IMG/VR virus record: IMGVR_UViG_3300044514_000014
Location: 1-60,409 of that record
Strand: one strand, 5' to 3'
DNA length: 60,409 nt
From: a virus
Positions within the stretch are counted from its first letter, which is position 1. Each line of letters starts with the position of its first letter. A model generated the notes under the pieces. It ran no database searches. It had not been told where the DNA came from and was given only the letters and a program-made list of their open reading frames with translations. Positions 42,217-51,320 of the stretch are shown in pieces. Position numbers and translations under genes: made by a program.

Positions 42217-42654
42217 ATGTCACGCAACAAAAACCCTGATACCCAGAAAGCGATGGTTGCAGTAGCAGCCAGCGCCGGGATCGTTGGTGCGCTGGTCGGA
42301 ACAAAGGTCGATGCGACCGGGTACAGCCGCGCACACTTCATTTTCAACTTTGGTAATGGAGCCGCCACAACCGCCGCACTTTCGGCGGGTATTGGTCCCT
42401 GGCAAGCGTCCACGTCCGGCGCAACTTTCGCCGCTGTTGCAAATGCGTCCCTTGCTGCCGTGACCTCCGGCGTTCTATCGAGCACCGCAGTCACTCTGGA
42501 AGTGGATATACCTATTTCAGCAGGTACGCCCTGGCTGCAAATCTCTGGTGGATCTCTGCTCTCGACAGCCGTCCCGCATTCGTGCGTGGTCGAACTGTAC
42601 AACGGCATCAACCGCCCGCCAACAGCATCCAGTATCGAAGTTGTAACCGTATAA
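42217..42654 (+). CDS. Capsid-associated (decoration-like) protein, hypothetical
   Basis: Ala/Gly/Ser/Thr-rich 145-aa ORF directly after the MCP. Confidence 0.4.
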   Translation: MSRNKNPDTQKAMVAVAASAGIVGALVGTKVDATGYSRAHFIFNFGNGAATTAALSAGIGPWQASTSGATFAAVANASLAAVTSGVLSSTAVTLEVDIPISAGTPWLQISGGSLLSTAVPHSCVVELYNGINRPPTASSIEVVTV

Positions 42655-42679
42655 CTACTGATAAGGGGGAGGCGAGCAA

Positions 42680-43462
42680 TTGTCTCCCCCGGAAAGTGCC
42701 GAGTTAATGCACATATTCCATTGGGTTCCCTCATCTGGTGCGCCGCCTCCGTGGTCGTGCGTCCACTCGTGGGTAAACCTGCTTTTGCCCGAGGGCGCAA
42801 AGCGGACATTTAGACAGAGCGGCGCGGGCTCAGTTCGCGTCATATGGAACGATATTGTGCGGGAGTTTCTCGCAACTGACGCCGAATGGATGTTCTCGAC
42901 TCACCACGACGTTGTATTTGTCCCTGAAACACTCACGCGCCTCTTGTCCTGGGGTAAGCCACTTGTGTCGGCGCTCGTGTTCATGCGACATAACCCGGTC
43001 GTCCCGCAGATTTGGAAATCCTACGACGGCAATGATGGCAATTACGTGATGCGGATAAACGATACCCGGCAGTGGTTCTACGATCACAAAGAGTGGATCA
43101 AGTTTGGGCCGTTCGTAATGGATCCCCGCCCAGACGACGCGCTTATTCCGGTCGGCTTTACCGCGACCGCCTGCACGCTGATACACCGCACCGTGTTTGA
43201 TGACATCCGCGCCAAAGTACCCGACCAGGGAGATGGCCTGTGGTTCGTCTGCGACAACGAAACTTCGGGCGGGGGGGAAGATCGGCGCTTCTACGAGTAC
43301 GCGCGAGACGTTGGTTATGAAGCGTTTGTAGACCGCTCTTGTATTGCTGGTCATGTGGCTGGCGACATTCCAACATCCAGCGCCGATTTCATCGCCTGGG
43401 ATAGCGTGAGCGATTTTCACAACACAGGAGAGCCGGTATTAAATGACAACCAAACAGGTTGA
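42680..43462 (+). CDS. GT2-like glycosyltransferase
   Basis: TDAEWMFSTHHDVVF (DxD-like region) and GGGEDRRFYEYARDVGYEAFVDRSCIAGH (EDxxF...G...vD....H) fit the GT-A pattern. TTG start follows GGGGGAGG. Confidence 0.6.
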   Translation: MSPPESAELMHIFHWVPSSGAPPPWSCVHSWVNLLLPEGAKRTFRQSGAGSVRVIWNDIVREFLATDAEWMFSTHHDVVFVPETLTRLLSWGKPLVSALVFMRHNPVVPQIWKSYDGNDGNYVMRINDTRQWFYDHKEWIKFGPFVMDPRPDDALIPVGFTATACTLIHRTVFDDIRAKVPDQGDGLWFVCDNETSGGGEDRRFYEYARDVGYEAFVDRSCIAGHVAGDIPTSSADFIAWDSVSDFHNTGEPVLNDNQTG

Positions 43463-44387
43463 AACCGCAGTTGTAGCAGGAACAGTCACGGGGACGGGGA
43501 ATGCTACCGTCACTATAACCGCGCTCGGCATGGCGAACACGCCGAAGGCCGTTTCCGTCGCCGTCACGTCAGCAGATACCGCCTCCATTGTTGGCGGGCT
43601 GATCCGTACGGCGCTTGCATTCGATACGGATGTAGCGGCGCTGTTTTTGATATCTGGCTCCGGCGCAAATGTAGTCCTGACGAAACATATCGCCGTCGCC
43701 AATGATGACACGCTGAATATCGCCATTGCTAACGGTACTTGTACCGGCCTGACCGCCGCACCAACGTCCACGAACACGACCGCCGGAACGGGGCTAACAA
43801 ACGGCTACATCACGCTGGCGCAACTCAAATCCTCCGACGTGCTGAACTTCTCGAATACGACCCATGACGAGATTTTGGAAACCATCATCGAAGCCGTATC
43901 TCGCCTGATAGACAACAAATGCGCCCGGCGCTTCTTTTGCGCATCCGAAACACGTTACTACACCGCGGACGAAGGCGACCTTGTCTTTGTGGATGACATC
44001 TCGACATCCAGCGGGCTGACGCTCGTGACAGATGAGGACGGGGATAGGACGTACGAGATTACATGGGCGACCACAGATTATGACCTGACATCGTTCAATA
44101 GCACGCTGGACGGCTGGCCGTACCAGATGATCGAAACTACGCCCGAGGGCTTGTACTCATTCCCCGGAACAAAGAAGGGCGTAAAAGTCACTGCTTCATT
44201 CGGTTGGGCGGCGGTCCCGAAAACCATTGTGCTGGCTTGCATCCTGCAAAGCAACCGAGAGTACAAGAGATTCAACACGGCGCTTGGACAGGCCGGGGCG
44301 TCTGCCGTAGGCACGATCACACTAACCATCCCGGCGCTTGACCCCGACGTTGAAAAACTCTTGTGTCCCTACGTGAGGATTACGTGA
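43443..44387 (+). CDS. Head-tail connector (gp6-like) with an N-terminal Thr/Ala-rich extension
   Basis: The C-terminal half (YITLAQLKS..HDEILETIIEAVSRLID) resembles the gp6-type head-tail connector/adaptor family. Confidence 0.5.
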   Translation: MTTKQVETAVVAGTVTGTGNATVTITALGMANTPKAVSVAVTSADTASIVGGLIRTALAFDTDVAALFLISGSGANVVLTKHIAVANDDTLNIAIANGTCTGLTAAPTSTNTTAGTGLTNGYITLAQLKSSDVLNFSNTTHDEILETIIEAVSRLIDNKCARRFFCASETRYYTADEGDLVFVDDISTSSGLTLVTDEDGDRTYEITWATTDYDLTSFNSTLDGWPYQMIETTPEGLYSFPGTKKGVKVTASFGWAAVPKTIVLACILQSNREYKRFNTALGQAGASAVGTITLTIPALDPDVEKLLCPYVRIT

Positions 44388-44815
44388 CGCAGGACTACAC
44401 CACAGCGGTAACGGAAGTTGCGGAGGTCGTGGCAGCGGTAGCAGGCATCGGAGCAGCGCCCGCGACGCCTGAGGAGAATATCAACGAACGGATTTTTGCA
44501 TTGACTTATCTTATGACCTCAATGACCGAGATCAGCGAAACCGGGACGATGCAGAACCTTTCGACGATTGCCGTTGACATCCTAACACCGCATACCAATC
44601 TCGCGCAGAACATCGCAGCACTTTTGCCAATCGTGGATCTGGTTGACGCGGCGCTCCTGACCGAAATCACGACCACGAGCCGATTCTTCGATGGCTCGAT
44701 TGATACCTTTGGGATTTTGCGATGGGAATTCCTGCCTGTGTATATCTACTCTAGCGTGGATTGCGTCGGCTACCGGGCCATGCTCGAGAACGTGAAACAG
44801 AAGATAAACCTATGA
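44384..44815 (+). CDS. Head-tail joining protein, hypothetical
   Basis: GTG 44384 follows GAGGA and overlaps the upstream stop (GTGA). The track start is 44363. Confidence 0.45.
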   Translation: MTQDYTTAVTEVAEVVAAVAGIGAAPATPEENINERIFALTYLMTSMTEISETGTMQNLSTIAVDILTPHTNLAQNIAALLPIVDLVDAALLTEITTTSRFFDGSIDTFGILRWEFLPVYIYSSVDCVGYRAMLENVKQKINL

Positions 44816-45219
44816 CCCAGCTATCCATGACGGTTGTAGGCGCGGAACTTGTCCGGCGCGGATTGCAGGACTTGTCGGCGGAGATCCCGAAGATTGGGCG
44901 CCTGCAAATCTATCAGACGGCGCAGGCGATTGTCCGCCGGATGAAAGTTTACCCGCCCCCGCCAACATACTCAACGTACGTCCGCACGGGCAGACTCGGC
45001 GCAGGCTGGATGATCACGCCGAACACGAACGGCTACACCACGCGCAACGATACGCCATACACAAAATACGTGGTTGGTAACGCCTACGGGCTCGAGCAAG
45101 CCTGGATGCACCAGGGCCGCTGGAACCTGCTGAGAGACGTGCAGGACGAAGAAGTAGCGAAACTACCGAAGGCAATCGAAGAGGAAATTACAGTAGTCGC
45201 CCGCCGGGTAGGACTGTAA
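44812..45219 (+). CDS. HK97 gp10-like tail-completion/neck protein
   Basis: ATGA-coupled. Position and the motifs ..IVRRMK..P..TG.L..GW resemble the gp10 family. Confidence 0.5.
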   Translation: MTQLSMTVVGAELVRRGLQDLSAEIPKIGRLQIYQTAQAIVRRMKVYPPPPTYSTYVRTGRLGAGWMITPNTNGYTTRNDTPYTKYVVGNAYGLEQAWMHQGRWNLLRDVQDEEVAKLPKAIEEEITVVARRVGL

Positions 45220-45228
45220 GGAGAAAAC

Positions 45229-45435
45229 ATGGCAATTAAATTGCATTACATTGGCCGGGGTGATGCGCTCATACACGTACCCGCCCGCGACCTGACGGAC
45301 GAAGATTTCGCCGAGCGCGCGGAACTCTGGAAGGAAAACAATATCACAGAGGCCGGGCTACTTGCCAGCGGCCTATATAAGAAACCGAGCGCCGAACAGC
45401 CCAAGAAGGCCAAAGCGCCAAAGGAAGGTGAGTGA
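45229..45435 (+). CDS. Hypothetical protein
   Basis: ORF with RBS AAGGAGA. Confidence 0.5.
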   Translation: MAIKLHYIGRGDALIHVPARDLTDEDFAERAELWKENNITEAGLLASGLYKKPSAEQPKKAKAPKEGE

Positions 45436-46436
45436 TGACAGGACGACGTTCTTTAAGACGACTCCAATTCTATCGTGAGGCGACAGCCGGAACAACCAGC
45501 GCCGCGACATTTACTTTTCGCGGCATTGGGACGATTTTAGACAATATCCAGGTGCAACGCGTGAGCGAGGACGTTGGTATCATCGGCGGCACGACCCGAA
45601 CCAATGTCCCGATGAAGGGCGGAAGCCTGGCGATCTCTCAGACGCCCGCGACATTCGAGAATATCCTTCACGTTTTGGAAATGGCAATTAAGACCGCGAC
45701 GCCCTCGCAGGACGGTGCGGGAACTGACTATATTTTTAGCTACGCCTTCCCCGTGACCAGTGGAAATACAATTAAAACATACAGTATCGAATCGGGCGAC
45801 GATAACGAAGCTGAGCGGATGGCGTATTGTTTCGTCAAGGATTTCACCCTATCGGGTAACGGGCGCACCGCCTACCAGTTGCAGGCGAACATCCAGGGGC
45901 GAGCCCCGGCCCTGACTACTTTCACGAGTGCTCCTGCACTGCTGGCTGTAAATAGCATGAATTTCGGGTTGACGAAAATCTATCAGGATGCAATCGGCGG
46001 CACGATTGGAACAACGATCAAATCCAATACGGTGCGCGGCGTCAATTTCAAATTTGCATCAGGGATCGAAGCCAAAGACACCGCAGATGGGCGGCTTGAT
46101 TTCTCATTCACGCAGGGTACGGATTATGTAGTTACATGCGACCTAGAATTCGAGCATGATGCAATTGCAGCCGCGCAGAAAGTCTTGTGGCGCGCTGAAA
46201 CGCCTGTGCTACTGCAAGTCAAAGTCGAAGGCACGACGGCGTTTGCTACTCCTGGCACGACCTACAGCGTACCAACGATAAAAATCAATCTCCCCGGCTA
46301 TTGGGAGAGCTTCTCGAAGATCGGAGAGGCTAATGGTAACGACGTTGTGACGGGTAAGTTTGTCTCAGCGTATAACACGACATCCGCAAGTGCGGGCAGC
46401 GTCATTGTGGCCGTGGAATTAGCAACTGTGCCTTGA
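45432..46436 (+). CDS. Major tail (tube) protein, putative
   Basis: Positioned upstream of the chaperone/tape-measure pair. Size 334 aa. Confidence 0.5.
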   Translation: MMTGRRSLRRLQFYREATAGTTSAATFTFRGIGTILDNIQVQRVSEDVGIIGGTTRTNVPMKGGSLAISQTPATFENILHVLEMAIKTATPSQDGAGTDYIFSYAFPVTSGNTIKTYSIESGDDNEAERMAYCFVKDFTLSGNGRTAYQLQANIQGRAPALTTFTSAPALLAVNSMNFGLTKIYQDAIGGTIGTTIKSNTVRGVNFKFASGIEAKDTADGRLDFSFTQGTDYVVTCDLEFEHDAIAAAQKVLWRAETPVLLQVKVEGTTAFATPGTTYSVPTIKINLPGYWESFSKIGEANGNDVVTGKFVSAYNTTSASAGSVIVAVELATVP

Positions 46437-46474
46437 TCATAGACCCGGTATACACCGGGAGAAAGTGACATAAC

Positions 46475-46804
46475 GTGATCCGATTCCTTATCAACAGAGA
46501 CAAAATCGGCTTGACCTGGGAGGAATACGAGACAATCGAACTGGCGCAAGACGGCGACGTGAAAATGCGCCGTCTGCGCCCGGTCGTCGCCCGCTTCATG
46601 GTTGATGAAAATAACCAGCCCCTGCCCAACCCGCAGGCGCTCGCCATACTCGGCAAGTTGCCGATGGAAGAAGTCAAGGACGTGTTCGAGCAGTTTGCCA
46701 ACGCCATGAGGGAGAGCGCGGTCCCAAACGCGAGCGGGAGGCCGTCGAGCTTGGATTCAGAAGCCAGTTCGACTCCTCCCTCCCCCACTGGTGCGGGACA
46801 ATAA
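46475..46804 (+). CDS. Tail assembly chaperone (G-like)
   Basis: Directly upstream of the tape measure. Contains the slippery heptamer C CCA AAC at 46723-46729. Confidence 0.65.
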   Translation: MIRFLINRDKIGLTWEEYETIELAQDGDVKMRRLRPVVARFMVDENNQPLPNPQALAILGKLPMEEVKDVFEQFANAMRESAVPNASGRPSSLDSEASSTPPSPTGAGQ

Positions 46805-46968
46805 TCATAGCGCGTGAGCTGCACATTTCGCCGTGGGAAGTGGACGGGCTACCCCTGACCCCCTGGCGGCGGCTGATGTGGCGCTATCGCATGGAGTTGT
46901 TTTTATCCGAACTCAACGCGAAGCTGGAGAGACAACAAACGGAAGTGAGACAGCATTTTGGAGATTGA
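46475..46968 (+). CDS. Tail assembly chaperone -1 frameshift product (GT-like)
   Basis: The -1 frame is open from the slippery site to TGA 46966-46968, has no start codon near its beginning, and ends 12 nt before the tape-measure start. Confidence 0.5.
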
Positions 46969-46979
46969 GGAGATAAAGC

Positions 46980-49067
46980 GTGGCGGCTGAAGTCGAAGTA
47001 ATTATCACAGGCAAGGATAATTATTCCAGCGTGCTGGGAAACTTCGGTTCCATCATTACTGGAATTGAATCGGCTGTTCATTTAGCGGCTGAAGCCTTTA
47101 ATGCTGTCCTCACGCCGGTTATAAATTTCGGAAAGGAGGCGATCCTTACCGCGGCTCGCGTTGATGAATTGAGGGTGGTTAATCAGATACTCGGAGAGAC
47201 TGCTGGAATCCCGGCGTTGTATCTTGAAAAAATAGCTACGTCAATTCGCAGTATGGGTATCGAAGCGGGAATAGCCGAAACCACAATCGCGGCATTTATT
47301 ACATCTGATTTAGACCTGGCGTACGCAACTGATATTGCCCGTATCGCCCAGGACGCAGCGGTTATATCGGGCATGAACTCATCCGAGACACTTAAGAATA
47401 TTGTATATGGGATTGAAACACTCAACCCGTTGGTGTTGAGACACGCGGGAATTGTCGTTGACTTGCAACTGTCCTATCAGGAATGGGCGGACGAGATGGA
47501 CAGGGACGTACAAACCCTGACCACCGCCGAGAAACAACAGATCGCATTAAATGAGGTATTAGAGGCAGGCGTGGACATTGCAGGGGCATACGCTGCCGCG
47601 ATGGAAGAACCGGGGAAAGTCCTTCGTTCGTTTCCACGTTATTTCGATGACATCATGGTGGCGATAGGCGAGCCGTTTCAGGATGCTTTTGGAAGCGTTA
47701 TCTTTGCCGTTGCAGATTTAGCTAAAGAGTTTGTTAAGGCGGTTTCAGAAGGCGGGACTTTACGTCCCGTTTTGGATGATATTGCAAGAATTGCATCAAT
47801 TGCAGGCGAAGCATTTGCGGAATTAGTTAATATTTTGACAACTTTATTGAGTGGCGATATTGTAAAACTATATGATCTTGGTGCAGCAATGCAATCATGG
47901 AAAGATATAAGTCCTATTTTCTACGACTTAGGAACGGCACTAAGAGTTTTTCAACAGGCTCTTGATAATGGCGACACTGTTTGGGGAGCATTGATTACTA
48001 CTGCGGATAGATTGGGTGGTTCTGATAGTCCGTTGGCTAGAGTTCTTGAATATATTATAAGTATCAAAGAAGAATTTGATAGTGGTGGTTTTACGGGAGT
48101 AATTGGTTTCGTTATTGAAAGCATACCAATGGAAGATATTGTGGCCTGGACGGATGAACTTGACGTTCAACTAGCAGAAGCAATAAAAGCGCATGATTGG
48201 ATTGCTTCCGGCGATGCGTTTGGAAATACTATTGTTGGATTATTTTCAACCAGCATAAAAAGTAAAGGATCGGAAGCCATCCCTGCCCTAGGACAGGCGA
48301 TCAGCGACTTCTTTCTTGGCGCTATGGGGGTGGTTTCCTGGGAGGAAGCCGGTACTACATTTATGGGTATTCTCAAATACATTTTTATTGAATACCCAAA
48401 TTGGGATGAAATCGCTATCGGCTTTGCGGATATGTGGAGCTACCTTGTAATGTCAACACTGGAAACTATTTCTAAAACAGGTAGTGAAATAGGTATCGGC
48501 TTTATGGATATGCTCACACATGTTTTTGTAGAAACGGTGGATTTCATTGTTGGCACTGATAGTTGGAGAGCAATAGGAATAGCTATTTATCAGGGTTGGC
48601 AAAGCGTTTTGGATTTAGAATGGTCATGGGATGCTGATGCGTGGTTCAAGGAACATGTTATCGACCCCGTAAAGAGGGCGCTTGGCATTTCGTCCCCGTC
48701 GTCCGTATTCGCTGACATCGGGCGTAATGTGATACTCGGCCTGATGTCCGGTCTGCTTGGGATGGTCGGGCCGCTCCTGAGTCTTATATCGTTTATTGTA
48801 GACCGCTTGCTCGCCCCGTTTCAGCCGATCTTGGATCTGTTCAACATCGGTGGCGGTACGGGCGGCTCGTCCGGTACAAGTGACCTGGGTGGCGGGACGG
48901 GTGGAACAGGTGGAACTGGCACAGTCGTCAATCAATACTTCGCGGGCGCTACGATCAACGTCGGGTCGTGGGACGCAATCGCCTACGACTGCATTTATCC
49001 CAACCCGTTCATATCCGCGACGGCCGGGCAGCTTGGCGGCGCGACCGGCTTATCGGGGGGAAGATAA
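46980..49067 (+). CDS. Tape measure protein
   Basis: 695-aa helical, Ala/Ile/Gly-rich protein after the chaperone. Gly-rich C-terminus. Confidence 0.75.
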   Translation: MAAEVEVIITGKDNYSSVLGNFGSIITGIESAVHLAAEAFNAVLTPVINFGKEAILTAARVDELRVVNQILGETAGIPALYLEKIATSIRSMGIEAGIAETTIAAFITSDLDLAYATDIARIAQDAAVISGMNSSETLKNIVYGIETLNPLVLRHAGIVVDLQLSYQEWADEMDRDVQTLTTAEKQQIALNEVLEAGVDIAGAYAAAMEEPGKVLRSFPRYFDDIMVAIGEPFQDAFGSVIFAVADLAKEFVKAVSEGGTLRPVLDDIARIASIAGEAFAELVNILTTLLSGDIVKLYDLGAAMQSWKDISPIFYDLGTALRVFQQALDNGDTVWGALITTADRLGGSDSPLARVLEYIISIKEEFDSGGFTGVIGFVIESIPMEDIVAWTDELDVQLAEAIKAHDWIASGDAFGNTIVGLFSTSIKSKGSEAIPALGQAISDFFLGAMGVVSWEEAGTTFMGILKYIFIEYPNWDEIAIGFADMWSYLVMSTLETISKTGSEIGIGFMDMLTHVFVETVDFIVGTDSWRAIGIAIYQGWQSVLDLEWSWDADAWFKEHVIDPVKRALGISSPSSVFADIGRNVILGLMSGLLGMVGPLLSLISFIVDRLLAPFQPILDLFNIGGGTGGSSGTSDLGGGTGGTGGTGTVVNQYFAGATINVGSWDAIAYDCIYPNPFISATAGQLGGATGLSGGR

Positions 49068-50983
49068 TGAATCTTTTACTACTGACTTGGAACGGGACAA
49101 GCATCAACAACGGCTCGCCGTTCTACGCCGATTTCCCGCCCGGCACAAAAGTAAACATACACGGCAACGTCGTTACCGTCCCGCGTGCGGATAATTACCC
49201 GTATGTAGCCGGGATTGTCGCTGATGCACAATCGCTTATTATCCGTGTCCGAATTGCAGCGGGGCAGGACATCGATACCAACCGGGAACTACTCAAGCAG
49301 TATTTCAACTTTGAAGATGGCACACGTCACAACCTGATAGCTGAGAACGGCTCAGGCGGAACGCAGTGGTACGTGACCGGCTTTGTGCGCGACGTGCGGA
49401 ATGAGGGGACAAATAGAAATTCCTTCATGGTCTTATTCCAGATCGAATACCCTTACTGGAAACTCGTCACGGCGACCGATACTACCTGGAGCGTTAGTGC
49501 TTCAGGCGCAACCCAAGCCATCACCAACGCAGGCAACCGCAAGATAGGCCCGAAGCTGACCCTCACGCCCACCAGTGCGAAAACGGGCGGGTTGAGTTAT
49601 CGGCGCTGGGTGCCAATCTACAACAACATGGACGTATCATACATTGCGCCGCTTGATATTACATCCGGCGGGCTGGATACGGCGACGCTCACCACTGCCA
49701 AGATGCAGGCAGACGGGGATGATTTCTTGGCGCTCGTAGATGGGGTCTTTGTGGACAGGTGGCTCGATAGCATGGACACGGCAGCGACGAAGTGCTGGGT
49801 AAACCTAAACCTGGGGCCGCGCCATGAAGGGACGACAAACACAAGCATTGCAGGAGCCGGGGCAATCACGACCATTACGTTATCCAAGACAAAGGCCAAC
49901 CTGGAATTCCTGCACGCGATGGCGGCGGCGGTTAATAAGGTGGTATTGATCGATTCGGAGGCGTTTATCTTTACGGGCGTAAATCTGGTGACCTACCAGC
50001 TTACAGGCGTGACACGTACCAAAAAAGATACAACCATCGCGGCGCACACGCAGCCGAAAACGGTACGCTGGATCGAACATGACATCTGGATTTTATACGG
50101 GGATAGTACCCTGACCGCGCCGGATGTGGACGACGACAATAAACCGATATTCTCACTCGCGTCCACCAACGGCGCCTGGGCCTTCACCAACTTTTACGAC
50201 GCCGACAGCGCCCGAACGGGTATGTGGAAAGGGGAAGTGTTGGCCTCACGCACCGGCCTGTCCTACGTCTACACTGCCCCGACCAACACGTTTGTGGATC
50301 CGTCTACGTCACTTGGGCTGGCGCTGATCGGGAGCGCGGACTTCCAGGTCCAGAACGAAACAGGGACGCTGGCCTGGATATTCTCACACCCCGCCACGAT
50401 CACGACTGTCTTATTTTCGGGCGACAAGTACGCCTCGGGCTCATGGCCTGCCATTGTGGGGCTGCAATACCTGCAAACAAATACCGCATGGTTTACCGCC
50501 AGCAACCAGGCCGCTCCGGCCGTTACATATTCCTGGGAAGCGTTCGGGCCTACGACCGCGGCACTATCCACCCCCTACCCCTCTGCCGTCCGCTTTGTGA
50601 TCGATGGCCTTCTGAGCAGCGCGATCAGCGAGATGGCGCTTATCCAGTTTGACACGGTGACTATTACGTTTTCAAGCGCAAACCTGCCAACCATTGCGGT
50701 AGGTGCTGAGGCTGCGGCGTACTATTTCGACGTGACGATCACCAACAATACGAGTACGGAATATATCAAGTGCGCCGTGCCATGCGTCCTGAATGACGTG
50801 GTGACGATTGACTGCGAAGTCAAGGAAGCGTATCTCTCAGACGGTCAGAGGGTCAACGTGACGCTGTCCACAGACCGCGCCGAATGGCTCGACCTTTCCG
50901 TAGGCGCGAATACGCTGCAATATGATGACGTTGGTACGAATGCCGTGACGGTGCATTGTATCCATCGTGACAGGACGCTGTAG
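49067..50983 (+). CDS. Distal tail protein (Dit-like) with a large C-terminal extension
   Basis: TAATG-coupled to the tape measure. The N-terminus LLTWNGTSINNGSPF is typical of siphovirus tail-family proteins. Confidence 0.6.
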   Translation: MNLLLLTWNGTSINNGSPFYADFPPGTKVNIHGNVVTVPRADNYPYVAGIVADAQSLIIRVRIAAGQDIDTNRELLKQYFNFEDGTRHNLIAENGSGGTQWYVTGFVRDVRNEGTNRNSFMVLFQIEYPYWKLVTATDTTWSVSASGATQAITNAGNRKIGPKLTLTPTSAKTGGLSYRRWVPIYNNMDVSYIAPLDITSGGLDTATLTTAKMQADGDDFLALVDGVFVDRWLDSMDTAATKCWVNLNLGPRHEGTTNTSIAGAGAITTITLSKTKANLEFLHAMAAAVNKVVLIDSEAFIFTGVNLVTYQLTGVTRTKKDTTIAAHTQPKTVRWIEHDIWILYGDSTLTAPDVDDDNKPIFSLASTNGAWAFTNFYDADSARTGMWKGEVLASRTGLSYVYTAPTNTFVDPSTSLGLALIGSADFQVQNETGTLAWIFSHPATITTVLFSGDKYASGSWPAIVGLQYLQTNTAWFTASNQAAPAVTYSWEAFGPTTAALSTPYPSAVRFVIDGLLSSAISEMALIQFDTVTITFSSANLPTIAVGAEAAAYYFDVTITNNTSTEYIKCAVPCVLNDVVTIDCEVKEAYLSDGQRVNVTLSTDRAEWLDLSVGANTLQYDDVGTNAVTVHCIHRDRTL

Positions 50984-50997
50984 AGATGAATGGGTAT

Positions 50998-51306
50998 TTA
51001 AGAAATAGTCAAAGATTCTTTGACTGTTGTGAATTTATTAACTTCTGTTGTTGTTTTGTCTTTGTTGTTTATCAATTGAAATATGTCGGTAACCAAGAAG
51101 TCGGAGTCGTTATATGACATTTTCCAATAAAGATTATGTTCAGGAAAAGGGAATTTGCCTAATTCAACACCGCGTCGAATTTCTTGAATTATCGATATCG
51201 AGCATTCCCCCGTATTTCGCTCGTCGTTTGGAGAATAATATTCAACAATTAGTTGATCGTCTAAATAAACCTGCTCTTTTGGATAGTGTCTGTACTGAAA
51301 AATCAT
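50998..51306 (-). CDS. Reverse-strand AT-rich moron ORF (102 aa), unknown function
   Basis: The only minus-strand ORF in the tail module. It shows a sharp drop in GC relative to its flanks. Confidence 0.55.
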   Translation of the reverse strand: MIFQYRHYPKEQVYLDDQLIVEYYSPNDERNTGECSISIIQEIRRGVELGKFPFPEHNLYWKMSYNDSDFLVTDIFQLINNKDKTTTEVNKFTTVKESLTIS

Positions 51307-51320
51307 AGTGTAATTATATC

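Noticed and set aside
41796-42809. 337-aa minus-strand ORF across the capsid, decoration and glycosyltransferase genes. Similar long antisense ORFs lie at 7037..7750, 6724..7263, 16048..16623 and 18131..18820.
   Set aside because: Each is antisense to tightly coupled plus-strand genes with recognisable products. Their translations are Arg/Ser/Pro/Ala-rich low-complexity sequence and they have no RBS, so they are typical GC-rich shadow ORFs.
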